This document shows, one piece after another, positions 19,908 to 29,539 of a stretch of DNA of 64,000 bases. The position numbers were made by a program, and so were the translations under genes. The notes under the pieces were generated by a model. That model saw nothing but the letters and a program-made list of their open reading frames with translations. It had not been told where the DNA came from and did not search any database. Source of the stretch: Prolixibacteraceae bacterium (GTDB taxonomy: Bacteria; Bacteroidota; Bacteroidia; Bacteroidales; Prolixibacteraceae); the NCBI GenBank assembly GCA_041736275.1, contig JBGSUC010000031.1:17682-81681 (forward strand), read 5' to 3'. The first letter of the stretch is position 1, and every line of letters starts with the position of its first letter.

Positions 19908-20819
19908 ATGGCGCAATATTTTGGTGAGATTGCTGCTTTGCTTACAGCCTTTTTTTGGATGATTACCAGTTTGTCATTCGAATCGGCAGGGAAAAAAGTG
20001 GGCTCATTATCGGTTAATTTAATTCGATTGGTACTAGCCTTTTTTATCTACGGAGTTGTCAATTATTTCCGTATAGGTATGATTCTGCCATTTGATGCAG
20101 GACTTGAGCGATGGGGATGGATGGCTTTATCTGGTCTTGTTGGATTTGTTATAGGCGACTTGCTCCTTTTTCAATCGTTTGTTGTAGTTGGTGCCCGGAT
20201 TGCGATGCTGATCATGGCTTTAACGCCTCCGATCACAGCTTTTGTCAGTTGGATAATGCTAGGAGAAGTACTTAGTCTGATGAACTGGGTAGGAATGATT
20301 GTTACTCTGACAGGTATTTCTATTGTTATCCTGAAACGTGAAAAGAATGAAGATATTTCGATTAAGAAACGAAAGATAAGCACAAACTACAGCGTCAAGG
20401 GAATTTTGCTGGCTTTTGGTGGTGCAGTTGGTCAGGGAGTTGGTCTGGTTCTAAGTAAAAAGGGAATGGGTGATTACGATGCATTCGCAGCATCCCATAT
20501 CCGTGTTATTACCGGGATGATTGGTTTTGCGATCATTATTTTTTTCACAAAGCGATATGGAAATGTATGGAAAGCTATAACGCATAAATCAGCTATGAAA
20601 AGAATTATTTTGGGTTCAGTTTTTGGCCCTTTTCTTGGCGTATCATTTTCTCTGCTGGCTATCCAGAATACTCAGGCAGGTATTGCTGCCACCATCATGT
20701 CTATTGTACCAGTTCTTATAATTCCCCCTGCGATATTTCTATTTCACGAAAAAGTGAACTGGAAAGAAATAATTGGTGCATTGATAACTGTTGGAGGAGT
20801 TGCTGTTTTCTTTTTATAA
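19908..20819 (+). CDS. DMT superfamily (EamA-like) transporter
   Basis: 303-aa ORF with about 10 TM segments in two EamA-like halves. Confidence 0.8.
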   Translation: MAQYFGEIAALLTAFFWMITSLSFESAGKKVGSLSVNLIRLVLAFFIYGVVNYFRIGMILPFDAGLERWGWMALSGLVGFVIGDLLLFQSFVVVGARIAMLIMALTPPITAFVSWIMLGEVLSLMNWVGMIVTLTGISIVILKREKNEDISIKKRKISTNYSVKGILLAFGGAVGQGVGLVLSKKGMGDYDAFAASHIRVITGMIGFAIIIFFTKRYGNVWKAITHKSAMKRIILGSVFGPFLGVSFSLLAIQNTQAGIAATIMSIVPVLIIPPAIFLFHEKVNWKEIIGALITVGGVAVFFL

Positions 20820-20850
20820 ATTGCATCAAAAAAATCAAAAATAATATTCT

Positions 20851-21144
20851 ATGAATCCCAAAGTGAAATCGATATTGGCACATTTAACTCCACTTGGCTG
20901 GATTGTTGCTTTTATTTTAAACAGTATCAAAAAGGATTTGCTGACTACATTTTATTTAAGACAATCTCTTGGACTGTATATCTGCTTTTTTATATCCGGC
21001 TTTATTCCTGATTATTATATTATTGTTTGGGGCTTATTTTTTGTATTCTGGGTCTTTAGTTTTGTGGGAGCAGTAAAGGCGATGGAAAATTTAATTCCAT
21101 TTATAGGAACGTATTTTCAGAAATGGTTTGAAAAAATAGTCTGA
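20851..21144 (+). CDS. small integral membrane protein (DUF4870-like by topology)
   Basis: 97-aa ORF with 3 predicted TM segments; its stop overlaps the next start (TGATG). Confidence 0.5.
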   Translation: MNPKVKSILAHLTPLGWIVAFILNSIKKDLLTTFYLRQSLGLYICFFISGFIPDYYIIVWGLFFVFWVFSFVGAVKAMENLIPFIGTYFQKWFEKIV

Positions 21145-21554
21145 TGATAAATTATGGTAGTTGGGTGAAAAAGCCGGTCATCTATATTTTATCAGGTATA
21201 ATTTGCATGATTCTCGTAATCTGGATTGCAAGAACAGCTTGGTTTTATGTGTGTTATTTCCCTGTCATCTTTTTTGCATTTTATTTGTCTGTTTTATCTA
21301 ATCCTGAAAAACATGTAGTCCTTCCTTCTAAAAAGATTCGGATGTTTAGTTTTATTACGGGTATGGTTATCAGTGAACTCATATTCGCTATGATACTGGT
21401 TTTACGAAATGAAATAACATTCAATATGCAAATCTCCGCATCTGATTGGACGGTGCTTGCTATTGAGCTGATTTTGTGTGTTTTTGTATTTGTATTTTTC
21501 TTTGGGCTGTCTATAGCCATCAGATTCTTTCTTCCTAAAAAATTAACGCTTTAA
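21144..21554 (+). CDS. hypothetical integral membrane protein
   Basis: 136-aa ORF with 4 hydrophobic segments, translationally coupled to the previous ORF. Confidence 0.45.
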   Translation: MINYGSWVKKPVIYILSGIICMILVIWIARTAWFYVCYFPVIFFAFYLSVLSNPEKHVVLPSKKIRMFSFITGMVISELIFAMILVLRNEITFNMQISASDWTVLAIELILCVFVFVFFFGLSIAIRFFLPKKLTL

Positions 21555-21577
21555 TTCTTTGTTCTGTTATGCAATAA

Positions 21578-22456
21578 CTACTGTTTGGTCTTCAACGGAT
21601 TTTCAGATTCATAGAAGAATTGTCTCTGCAAAGCTGGTACTATTTCATCTTTTTTGACAGCCTGAATCATTTTCACCAGTTGATCGACTGTAGAGTTAAT
21701 TAGCAATTCTCCGGCTTCGGCATTGGCCTTTGTACCATCACCTCCGTAATGATTCGGATATTTTGCATACCACCAGATTCCGGTATAAACGTTTGGCAGA
21801 TTTTTTAAACGATCCTGATCAATTCCTGATTGCTGACCGGTACGATCAAGATGAACCAAATCGGGCTTGATCGTTTTTATCACAGAAGATTCTTCATTTC
21901 CGGCATGGGCATTATATGGATCGTGCTGCGTCAATTCTTCAGCTTTTTTTACAACTTCCGGATCATCTGACGGCTGAAACCAATACAAACTGTATGATCG
22001 CCGTTCGGATAATTGTGCCATTCCGAAGAAGTTTAGAAAGGCATTATTCCCACCATGGCCATTTACAATGATTATTTTGTCGAAGCCGTTTCGCGCGAGC
22101 TCGTTGAGCGTTTCCTGAAGCATTTTCCAGATCAATTCCGGGCTGTAAGCAATAGTTCCGGGCTGATGTCTGGCTTCATTTATCTGGCTGAAATAGTACC
22201 AGGGAAAAACTACCGTATATTCTTTTTCGGCAGCGCGCAATGCATATTCACGGGCAGTGTAAAGATCAGTTCCCAAAGGCAGATGAGGTCCATGTTTTTC
22301 GAAAACACCGATAGGAAGGATGCAGGTTTTGGACGATTTTTCGACTGCCTTCAAGTAATCTGGTGCTGTTAATTCTTCAAGCCTGAATGGAATTTGTTGT
22401 GCATTAATCGATAAAAAAGCGATTAATAAAGCGGTAATACAAATTAGGTTTTTCAT
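21578..22456 (-). CDS. creatininase-family amidohydrolase, secreted
   Basis: Signal peptide; LPIGVFEKHGPHLPLGTDL and IIIVNGHGGN match creatininase-family metal-binding motifs. Confidence 0.8.
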   Translation of the reverse strand: MKNLICITALLIAFLSINAQQIPFRLEELTAPDYLKAVEKSSKTCILPIGVFEKHGPHLPLGTDLYTAREYALRAAEKEYTVVFPWYYFSQINEARHQPGTIAYSPELIWKMLQETLNELARNGFDKIIIVNGHGGNNAFLNFFGMAQLSERRSYSLYWFQPSDDPEVVKKAEELTQHDPYNAHAGNEESSVIKTIKPDLVHLDRTGQQSGIDQDRLKNLPNVYTGIWWYAKYPNHYGGDGTKANAEAGELLINSTVDQLVKMIQAVKKDEIVPALQRQFFYESENPLKTKQ

Positions 22457-22554
22457 TTTGACAGGTTAAGGTTGATCGCATTAAATTTAGTCAAAAGTGA
22501 AATAATATACCTGATTTTTACAATTTTAATCTTATAAGACGAAGCAAATAAAAA

Positions 22555-23375
22555 CTATTGAATAATTAGTTTTGAGCTAACCGCCTTGTTCCCATTAGTT
22601 ATTAAGCGGATCAGGTATACACCAGAAGCGAAACCTGAAACATCAATTCTTGTTGAAAAGGCTGAAACTCTTTCTTTATTTACAATGCATGTGCCGGAAT
22701 TGTTGTAGAATTTAATATTATTTATCTCTGAAGAAGATTCAATAAAGACCTTATCCTGTGCCGGATTGGGGAAGGTGCGGTAATTGAAAGCAGTTTCAAA
22801 TCGATCTGCTGATGTAATATTTGATTTACCCAACATGTGCCCATTGAGCCAGGTCAGTCGTGTTTGTATCCAGTTTTTGAATTTTGTCACCTGTCCGGTA
22901 TAAGTTTCAGGATAACCTCGACCATTTGAGTTCTTGGGGCATAATGTCCCATTTTCCTGAATAACTCAAATGCAAGAACATTACGCATAAAAGTTTTGTC
23001 GTTATAATTAGCAAGCAGTATCCAATCGTTTTCCTCAGGCATGCCCAATAGCGAAACATTGAGATTTTCCCCTCTGGCATCACGAGTTTCAAATCCATAA
23101 GGTTTTTGGGGAAGAGAGGCCGAATAAGCGCATCTAATTTCAATCCCGACATTTCCGGTGTAAATGTTTCCCGGATCGGATGATTGGTTTACTTTGCCGG
23201 ATCCGTTGGATATAACCTTCATGGTCGCAGTAATTTTGGAAGCATTAATTATTGACTTTCCGCTTGTATTTACAACAATCAAAGGTAGATTAGTCGAAGT
23301 CAATCCGGAAATCTGACCAAATACTTTGACAACAAATAAAATAAAAGAAATGGTTAGTAAAATTCGAAAGGTCAT
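22555..23375 (-). pseudogene. CotH-family secreted protein with a T9SS sorting domain, internally deleted and frameshifted
   Basis: ORF 22887-23375 encodes a signal peptide plus the CotH N-terminal region (NLPLIVVNTSG, IEIRCAYSASLPQKPYGFETRD, NVSLLGMPEENDWILLANYNDKTFMRNVLAFELFRKMGHYAPR), then stops. ORF 22555-22890, in another frame, encodes only the CotH tail (FKNWIQTRLTWLNGHM) plus a Por-type C-terminal domain (FPNPAQDKVFIE, GVYLIRL). The kinase-like core is missing. Confidence 0.7.
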
Positions 23376-23434
23376 TTGAAGTTAGGTGTGTGTGATGCCT
23401 GGTTTAGTTTTTTTTTTGATTAAAGTATCTATTT

Positions 23435-24943
23435 TTAGTTTAATCCTTTTAACTTTTTATTGAGTGAATTGATATACATTTCTTTGGAAAAAGGTTGGAA
23501 TTTATGACTGTCAGCAATTTTTCTAAAACCAATCTGAGCAGATTTTAAGGTTTTCGCAGCAATTGTGATTCCCTGCATGTCAGCCAAAACATAACTAAGC
23601 AAAGTTTCGTTTGCATCGCCTAATGGCAACAGATTAGCAATGTCTTCTTCTGCAATAATATCAGGAGTTAAGCCATCAATAAAATCAGTAACTCCTGCAG
23701 AGTTGGCATACTTCACAATAATTGGCTGCATCGCATAGCTATTATTTGGATTTACATTTCCATTAGCATCCCAATCCATTATGGTAGTCGAGCCAACGTA
23801 TTTCCCTACAGTATTAATACCAACAAGTTTTACATTCATATAAGGTCTCAATCCGTTGATCAGCAATTCGCTTGCAGAAGCTGTATTGTCAGATACAATA
23901 ATATAAATTTTTTGAAGATTCAACGTATTAATTGGAGTTGCAGCTTCTGTATCTGTTGCATCAATGGTCGAAACAAAATTGTTGTTTAGAGTTGACTCTC
24001 CGTATTGCTGAACAAAATAGTCTTGTAGCAGAGCGTTATATTGTGCCTTTGCAAATATTTTGGTTTTGTCAGTTCCATAAAGCATACTTGCTAAATAGAT
24101 ACTGCTTTGTACCGATCCGCCACCATTGTATCTCAAATCCAGCACCATCTGATCAATATTAGCATCTTTAAATTTTTTGATAACATTGTTTAATTCAATG
24201 TCGAAATCAGAATTGAATCCATTGTATACCAAATAGCCAATTTTCTGACTGTTATTCATGAAAATGGTATCCTTAAGTATTGGATTTTCCTGCATCTCAA
24301 TTGCTGTCATTGTCATTGTTTTATCCAGTGCAGAAATGGTATGGTCCGTAATTGTGGCAAATCCGATGGTATATGTTTCGGTTGCAAAAAGCAATGTTTG
24401 GTAGTTGGAAACAGTTAGCTGCTGGTCATTGATTTTCACAAAAATATCGCCGCGCTTAAGTCCTGCCTTTTCTGCCGGAGAGTTTTTATATACGTAACGT
24501 ACAAATCCAAAAAGATTATCTGAATCTCCAATTCGGCCAAGCATGAAATCGTAACCCATTGTTTTTGATATCCCACTAATCCAATCATCAATTGTCTTTG
24601 AATCATCAACCATAAACGACCATTTGTCAACAACCTCGTATTGATATAAGAGGCTGGTGAAAAGGGCTTGAGGGTCGGTGAATTGATTTAGAAAGATGTT
24701 TAAATTGTCTGAATTATTGTATTTCGTATCAGATAGATTAGCAACCTGACTGGTCCACAAATAATAATCATGCAATCCGCTCCAGATAAAGGTATTCACT
24801 TCGTTCGAGGAGGGAACACTCGATGCTCTTGAAGGACTAACGGTTTGTTGTCTAATTATCTCGTCATCTTTTTGGCATCCTGCAACTAAAAATACTGATA
24901 GCGCTGAAAACAGGACGATGTTCTTATAAAATAATGTTTTCAT
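23435..24943 (-). CDS. S41-family (tail-specific / C-terminal processing) peptidase lipoprotein
   Basis: Lipoprotein signal ending LVAGC; PDZ-like region (GLKRGDIFVKINDQQL); S41 core DLRYNGGGSV and NTASASELLING. Confidence 0.85.
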   Translation of the reverse strand: MKTLFYKNIVLFSALSVFLVAGCQKDDEIIRQQTVSPSRASSVPSSNEVNTFIWSGLHDYYLWTSQVANLSDTKYNNSDNLNIFLNQFTDPQALFTSLLYQYEVVDKWSFMVDDSKTIDDWISGISKTMGYDFMLGRIGDSDNLFGFVRYVYKNSPAEKAGLKRGDIFVKINDQQLTVSNYQTLLFATETYTIGFATITDHTISALDKTMTMTAIEMQENPILKDTIFMNNSQKIGYLVYNGFNSDFDIELNNVIKKFKDANIDQMVLDLRYNGGGSVQSSIYLASMLYGTDKTKIFAKAQYNALLQDYFVQQYGESTLNNNFVSTIDATDTEAATPINTLNLQKIYIIVSDNTASASELLINGLRPYMNVKLVGINTVGKYVGSTTIMDWDANGNVNPNNSYAMQPIIVKYANSAGVTDFIDGLTPDIIAEEDIANLLPLGDANETLLSYVLADMQGITIAAKTLKSAQIGFRKIADSHKFQPFSKEMYINSLNKKLKGLN

Positions 24944-24985
24944 GATAATTGCAATGCTTAAGTGAAACCAAGAATGTATTTCGTG

Positions 24986-26263
24986 TCAAATTAAAAAATA
25001 GATAATTGATATTAACAAACCAGCAGCAAGAAGTACGACAAAATTTAGAATTAAATTTTTGCGGATACCCTTGCTGCATAAAGTTGTTGAATAGATCATT
25101 TTTAAAAGGTTGTTGCTATTGGTGGCATTTATTATCGCCAGTACGATAGTCATTTGTCCGATACCGGTTTTTTGCTGAAGCAGATTCAACAGAAACGGAT
25201 CAATATCAGTCACTCCAACTACAAAAGCTAAACTGGTAATCCCGGTACTTCCATATTTCTTCAAAACGAAATCGGTAATCAGGGCAAAAACAACAAATAA
25301 AACTCCAAAAATAACAGCGGTTCTTAATTCCAATGGATTTTTACCTGAAGTCAGATTGTTTTCAGGCACTACTGAAGTATTGTTTTTAAGATTCACTGAA
25401 CCAAACCTCGAAAGAAGAAAGCTGGTAAGAAAAAGGATAACAAAAGGGATTAACAGGCCCAACGCAACCTGTTGATTAAAAATGAAGGCAAGGACAAGAA
25501 TTCGTATGTACATCATACCATTTGCAATCATGATTGCTGATACGGTTTGTGTTCCCGAGATTCCTGCTTTCTCTTTTCGAGCCAGAATAACCGTGGTAGC
25601 TGTACTACTATATATGCCACCCAAAAGACCGGTTAAAATGATTCCTGAATCAGGGAAGACGAATTTTTTCAGCAAATAACTACTGTATGAAATGCCGGAA
25701 ACAACTACAACAGCCAACCATAAATGATAAGGCGAAACAGGTATATGCGATGAGATGTTTTCTTCAGGAAGAAGGGGTAAAACAATACCGGCAAATGCAA
25801 TAAACTTTGCCAGTGTAATAAACTCTTCTTCGGATGCCTTTTTGGATAAGCTTATGAAATGATTTTTAAGTTCGGTAACCATCATTAGAGCTACAATAAA
25901 TGATAATACCAGCCAAATAGGTTGGGTAAAAACCATTATTGGAATGCAGTATGTTAACAGAGCCAGAATAGTGCTGGTTAAACCATATTTTCCGTTTTGA
26001 GCTATTTTGTGATGGTATTGAATGCCGAGAAAGGAACCAATTAAAAGAAACCCGATTAGAAAGGGGATGTAATTAACTGAATCGGCAATGAAAAGTACAT
26101 ACGCCAGTAACCCGATAAATGTGAAGGTACGGTCTGTCCCAAACAACAAGTCTTCATTCTCGTTAATGTGATGTCGTCTTTGTTCCAGCCCAATTAATAA
26201 CGAAAATGTGAGTACCAAGATAAATTTGATAAATCCTTCAGGTATATAGTTCAGGAATTCCAT
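24986..26263 (-). CDS. MgtC/SapB-family plus DUF4010-type membrane protein
   Basis: 425-aa polytopic ORF; N-terminal LLIGLEQRRHH...FGTDRTFTFIGLLA resembles the MgtC family. Confidence 0.6.
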   Translation of the reverse strand: MEFLNYIPEGFIKFILVLTFSLLIGLEQRRHHINENEDLLFGTDRTFTFIGLLAYVLFIADSVNYIPFLIGFLLIGSFLGIQYHHKIAQNGKYGLTSTILALLTYCIPIMVFTQPIWLVLSFIVALMMVTELKNHFISLSKKASEEEFITLAKFIAFAGIVLPLLPEENISSHIPVSPYHLWLAVVVVSGISYSSYLLKKFVFPDSGIILTGLLGGIYSSTATTVILARKEKAGISGTQTVSAIMIANGMMYIRILVLAFIFNQQVALGLLIPFVILFLTSFLLSRFGSVNLKNNTSVVPENNLTSGKNPLELRTAVIFGVLFVVFALITDFVLKKYGSTGITSLAFVVGVTDIDPFLLNLLQQKTGIGQMTIVLAIINATNSNNLLKMIYSTTLCSKGIRKNLILNFVVLLAAGLLISIIYFLI

Positions 26264-26470
26264 TTTGGGTTATTTGTTCACAGACAAGAAATTATCTCAA
26301 TTATTGCAAATTAAGCGAATAAATTGGTGATCGCTTATTATTTCCGGTTCTCTTTTTCTCTTTTTAAAATTTGAACGTCAAAATGTACGCTATTATTTTC
26401 TTTAGTTCGCTAAACTATGAATTAAAGCCAATTTAGTGGGCTGATTCTTTGAAAATGCCAAACTATCTGT

Positions 26471-26478
26471 TACTTTTG
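26471..26478 (+). promoter_or_regulatory. -7 promoter box (TACTTTTG) for tRNA-Lys
   Basis: TAnnTTTG ends 10 nt before the first tRNA nucleotide. Confidence 0.6.
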
Positions 26479-26487
26479 TCGCCGATT

Positions 26488-26560
<73 letters not shown>

Positions 26561-26572
26561 CATTGACAATAA

Positions 26573-26608
26573 AACACTTACGCATTAATTTGTGTAGGTG
26601 TTTTTTTT
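26573..26608 (+). terminator. intrinsic terminator after tRNA-Lys
   Basis: Stem ACACTTAC/GTAGGTGT followed by T8. Confidence 0.7.
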
Positions 26609-26633
26609 GCCTGGTATTTAGACAAATTGGCAA

Positions 26634-26672
26634 TAAAAAAAGAGGTTGGAACTTACGAACCAACCTCTTTTC
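26634..26672 (-). terminator. intrinsic terminator after rplS (minus strand)
   Basis: Stem GAGGTTGG/CCAACCTC (26642-26649 / 26661-26668), with A7 on the + strand (a U-run on the minus transcript). Confidence 0.8.
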
Positions 26673-26691
26673 AGAAAGAAAATTATTTTTC

Positions 26692-27042
26692 TTATACACG
26701 TTTTTCTTTGATACGGGCCTTTTTGCCTGTAAGTTCGCGTAAATAATAAAGTTTTGCTCTGCGAACAATACCTTTTTTATTCACTTCAATCTGGTCGATA
26801 AAAGGTGAAAAAAGAGGAAAAATTCTTTCAACACCAATACTACCTGACATTTTGCGAACAGTAAAAGTTTTTGTTACGCCAGTTCCTTTTACCTGTATTA
26901 CAACGCCACGATAATTCTGGATACGTTCTTTGTTACCCTCACGGATTTTGTAATGAACGGTAATGGTATCACCTGCTTTAAATTGCGGTTGTTCTTTGGT
27001 CTCAACGGCAAAAGCGTTTTCTGCTACTTGAATTAAATCCAT
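26692..27042 (-). CDS. rplS: 50S ribosomal protein L19
   Basis: 116-aa ORF with [29 protein letters not shown] and RRAKLYYLR. Confidence 0.96.
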   Translation of the reverse strand: MDLIQVAENAFAVETKEQPQFKAGDTITVHYKIREGNKERIQNYRGVVIQVKGTGVTKTFTVRKMSGSIGVERIFPLFSPFIDQIEVNKKGIVRRAKLYYLRELTGKKARIKEKRV

Positions 27043-27107
27043 TTTTTTATGTTTTTAGTGGCAATATTACATCAACTCAATGAGTAAGAGATTGCTGAAA
27101 TGTGGCG

Positions 27108-27115
27108 CAAAAGTA
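27108..27115 (-). promoter_or_regulatory. candidate -7 promoter box (TACTTTTG on the minus strand) for rplS
   Basis: The + strand CAAAAGTA is the reverse complement of TAnnTTTG; it lies 66 nt upstream of the start. Confidence 0.4.
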
Positions 27116-27173
27116 ATAAAATTATTCAATTTGCCACTTGTATTTGGTATAAATTATTTTGTTCCTCCGAAAA

Positions 27174-28868
27174 TTAATGGGTTGGAGCACCAGTCATCTT
27201 GAAGTGATCTCCGGTTTCATCAACTATAACTTTTTTCCACCAATCCGGATACCCCGGTTGATCAGGACCTGGAGGCATTCCGGTTTCTGTTCGCTCGAAA
27301 ACACCATCTTTTTCTTTCTTAATGTTTCCATCGATAAATTTCACAAACAGAAACTGAGATAATTTTTTCCATTCGCTGGTCATTCCGTTTGCCAGATTGA
27401 CAGAATAGTCAGTTAGGAATTGAAGTGTCTCTTTTTTCTTACCTGCATTCCATAGGTTCTGAGCAGCCAGATCGACACTTGGCGTGTAAGCAACAAACTT
27501 GTCTTCCAGATTTTTCTGAACTTTTAAAACATCCGGAATCATGGCATCATAACGGAGGTAGGTGAAATTCGAAACTACATTGAAAGTCCAAAAAGCGGAT
27601 GTTTCAGAGAAAGTAAGCATATCGCCGTTGCCAACTTTAAAACATTCAGGAATTTCGGTTATTCCGCAATACATTGGCACGTAGCAGGTGCTGTATGTAT
27701 CATCAACACCAAACCATAATATTCCACCAATCGGATTTGGCAACCACGAACGCGACTGAGACACAAAAGAAAATCCGGTTTGCTGAGTCGAAATGGCTCT
27801 TTCATTCACATAATTTGCTGAATCGACTTTAAAAGTAAGTGGTCGCCAGCGATATGGGAGCTTAAATGGACCTGCACCAATGTCTTTGGTCATATCCATG
27901 GCGGTACCTTCAAAATGGTCACGCATCATTCCCATTACATCCTGAACACTGAGTTTGTTGTCTGGTTTTACCCACAACGGCATTCTGTTGGAAGGAAAAT
28001 TGTTTTCACCATCATGTTTTACATTACCCAGCACATATTCTTCATAAGGTTTCATACCCGAATATACCTTGTTAAATCCTGCAAATACGCGGGCATCGCT
28101 AAAACGGGCTCCGCTAAAATCAACCGGTGCATATACATCAGAAAAACTGAAATCTTTATTTTTTCCATCAAACCATCCTTTTTCGCGGGCAAATGAAATC
28201 ACATCTTTTGCAAAAAGACAATTTGCTTCATCATTCATCGGGAAAGTCGTGATACGTGCCTGATTGGCATGACCACAAATATATCCGTCCGGAACTCGCT
28301 GAGCTACCCAAACAGCACCTTTTTCACCTTCTCCTTTCCCAATCATTTCCATAATCCAAACTTCATTCGGATCGGAAATCGAAAACGATTCGCCTTCACT
28401 GGCGTATCCATATTTCTCAACAAGGTCTGTCATAATTTCGATGGCTTCGCGGGCAGTTTTAGCGCGTTGAAGTGCTACGTAAATAAGACTGCCATAATCC
28501 ATTATTGCACCCGATTGTGTATAAAGGTTTTCGCGGCCACCATAAGTGGTTTCACCTATAGAAACCTGAAACTCATTCATATTCCCAATTACACTGTTTG
28601 TGTGCAGAGGTTGAGGTATGCGGCCTAAAAACTTGCCCGTATCCCACTCGTAAATATCGCGTAATGTTCCTTCAGGATAGTCTTGCGCAGGCTGATAGTA
28701 CAATTCACCGTATAAGGTATGCGAATCAGCAGCATAAGTTATCATGGTCGATCCATCAATCGATGCGCCTTTGGTTATTAAAAAATTGGTACATGCATAC
28801 GAAACCTGCATGCCCAATGCAACTGTCAAAAGTGATAGTGCTATTAAACGTTGAACTTTTTTAATCAT
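27174..28868 (-). CDS. C69-family dipeptidase, secreted
   Basis: Signal peptide, then the Ntn nucleophile context YACTNFLITKGASIDGSTMITYAADSH; 564 aa. Confidence 0.85.
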   Translation of the reverse strand: MIKKVQRLIALSLLTVALGMQVSYACTNFLITKGASIDGSTMITYAADSHTLYGELYYQPAQDYPEGTLRDIYEWDTGKFLGRIPQPLHTNSVIGNMNEFQVSIGETTYGGRENLYTQSGAIMDYGSLIYVALQRAKTAREAIEIMTDLVEKYGYASEGESFSISDPNEVWIMEMIGKGEGEKGAVWVAQRVPDGYICGHANQARITTFPMNDEANCLFAKDVISFAREKGWFDGKNKDFSFSDVYAPVDFSGARFSDARVFAGFNKVYSGMKPYEEYVLGNVKHDGENNFPSNRMPLWVKPDNKLSVQDVMGMMRDHFEGTAMDMTKDIGAGPFKLPYRWRPLTFKVDSANYVNERAISTQQTGFSFVSQSRSWLPNPIGGILWFGVDDTYSTCYVPMYCGITEIPECFKVGNGDMLTFSETSAFWTFNVVSNFTYLRYDAMIPDVLKVQKNLEDKFVAYTPSVDLAAQNLWNAGKKKETLQFLTDYSVNLANGMTSEWKKLSQFLFVKFIDGNIKKEKDGVFERTETGMPPGPDQPGYPDWWKKVIVDETGDHFKMTGAPTH

Positions 28869-29043
28869 GATTATTATTTAATTTGAAAGTATTCGTGGCA
28901 CAAATATAATTATTATCAGGATTTAAAATTTTTAGTCCTGATTTTAAGCAGATAAAGAAGCCTGAATTAGAGCAAACGAACCATGAGAAAGCTCAGGTCT
29001 GGGTAATTTGTATTGTTAAGGTTGAAAGTTAATGTAATTTCGA

Positions 29044-29421
29044 TCAACGTTTCCCGACTGAAATGGCCAGAAAAATCCAGCCTGCAACAAGTGATATCCC
29101 TCCAATTGGGGTGATTGCCCCCAATATTTTAATTCCTGACAAGGCAAGAGCATATAAACTTCCGGAGAAAATAATGATTCCGGCAGTGATTAAAATACCT
29201 GACCAGCGAAGCCATTTCGAATCGAGCTGATAAGAAATTAAGCCAACAAGAATAAGCCCAAGTGCATTGTAGAACTGATACTCAACACCTGTTTTGTAAA
29301 CCATCATCATCTCGGGTGAAAGTTGTGTTTTAAGAGCGTGTGCTCCAAAAGCTCCAAGCAGAACTCCCAAAGCCATAAATATTGAACCTGCCAGAAGTAT
29401 CTTTTTATTTTTCATGTTCAT
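29044..29421 (-). CDS. DUF423 (YgdD/TMEM256) membrane protein
   Basis: 125-aa ORF with 4 TM segments and LGAFGAHALK. Confidence 0.8.
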   Translation of the reverse strand: MNMKNKKILLAGSIFMALGVLLGAFGAHALKTQLSPEMMMVYKTGVEYQFYNALGLILVGLISYQLDSKWLRWSGILITAGIIIFSGSLYALALSGIKILGAITPIGGISLVAGWIFLAISVGKR

Positions 29422-29469
29422 GTTTTTCTGAAGTCAATAACAATATTTTGGCGATGTAGTTTTTATAAA

Positions 29470-29505
29470 CAAAAAATCCCGATGGAATTTCCGGCGGGAT
29501 TTTTC
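29470..29505 (-). terminator. intrinsic terminator after the DUF1015 gene
   Basis: ATCCCG...CGGGAT stem with A6 and T5 flanks. Confidence 0.65.
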
Positions 29506-29539
29506 TTGAATTTGTATTTTTGCGATTAAACCTGAGGCA

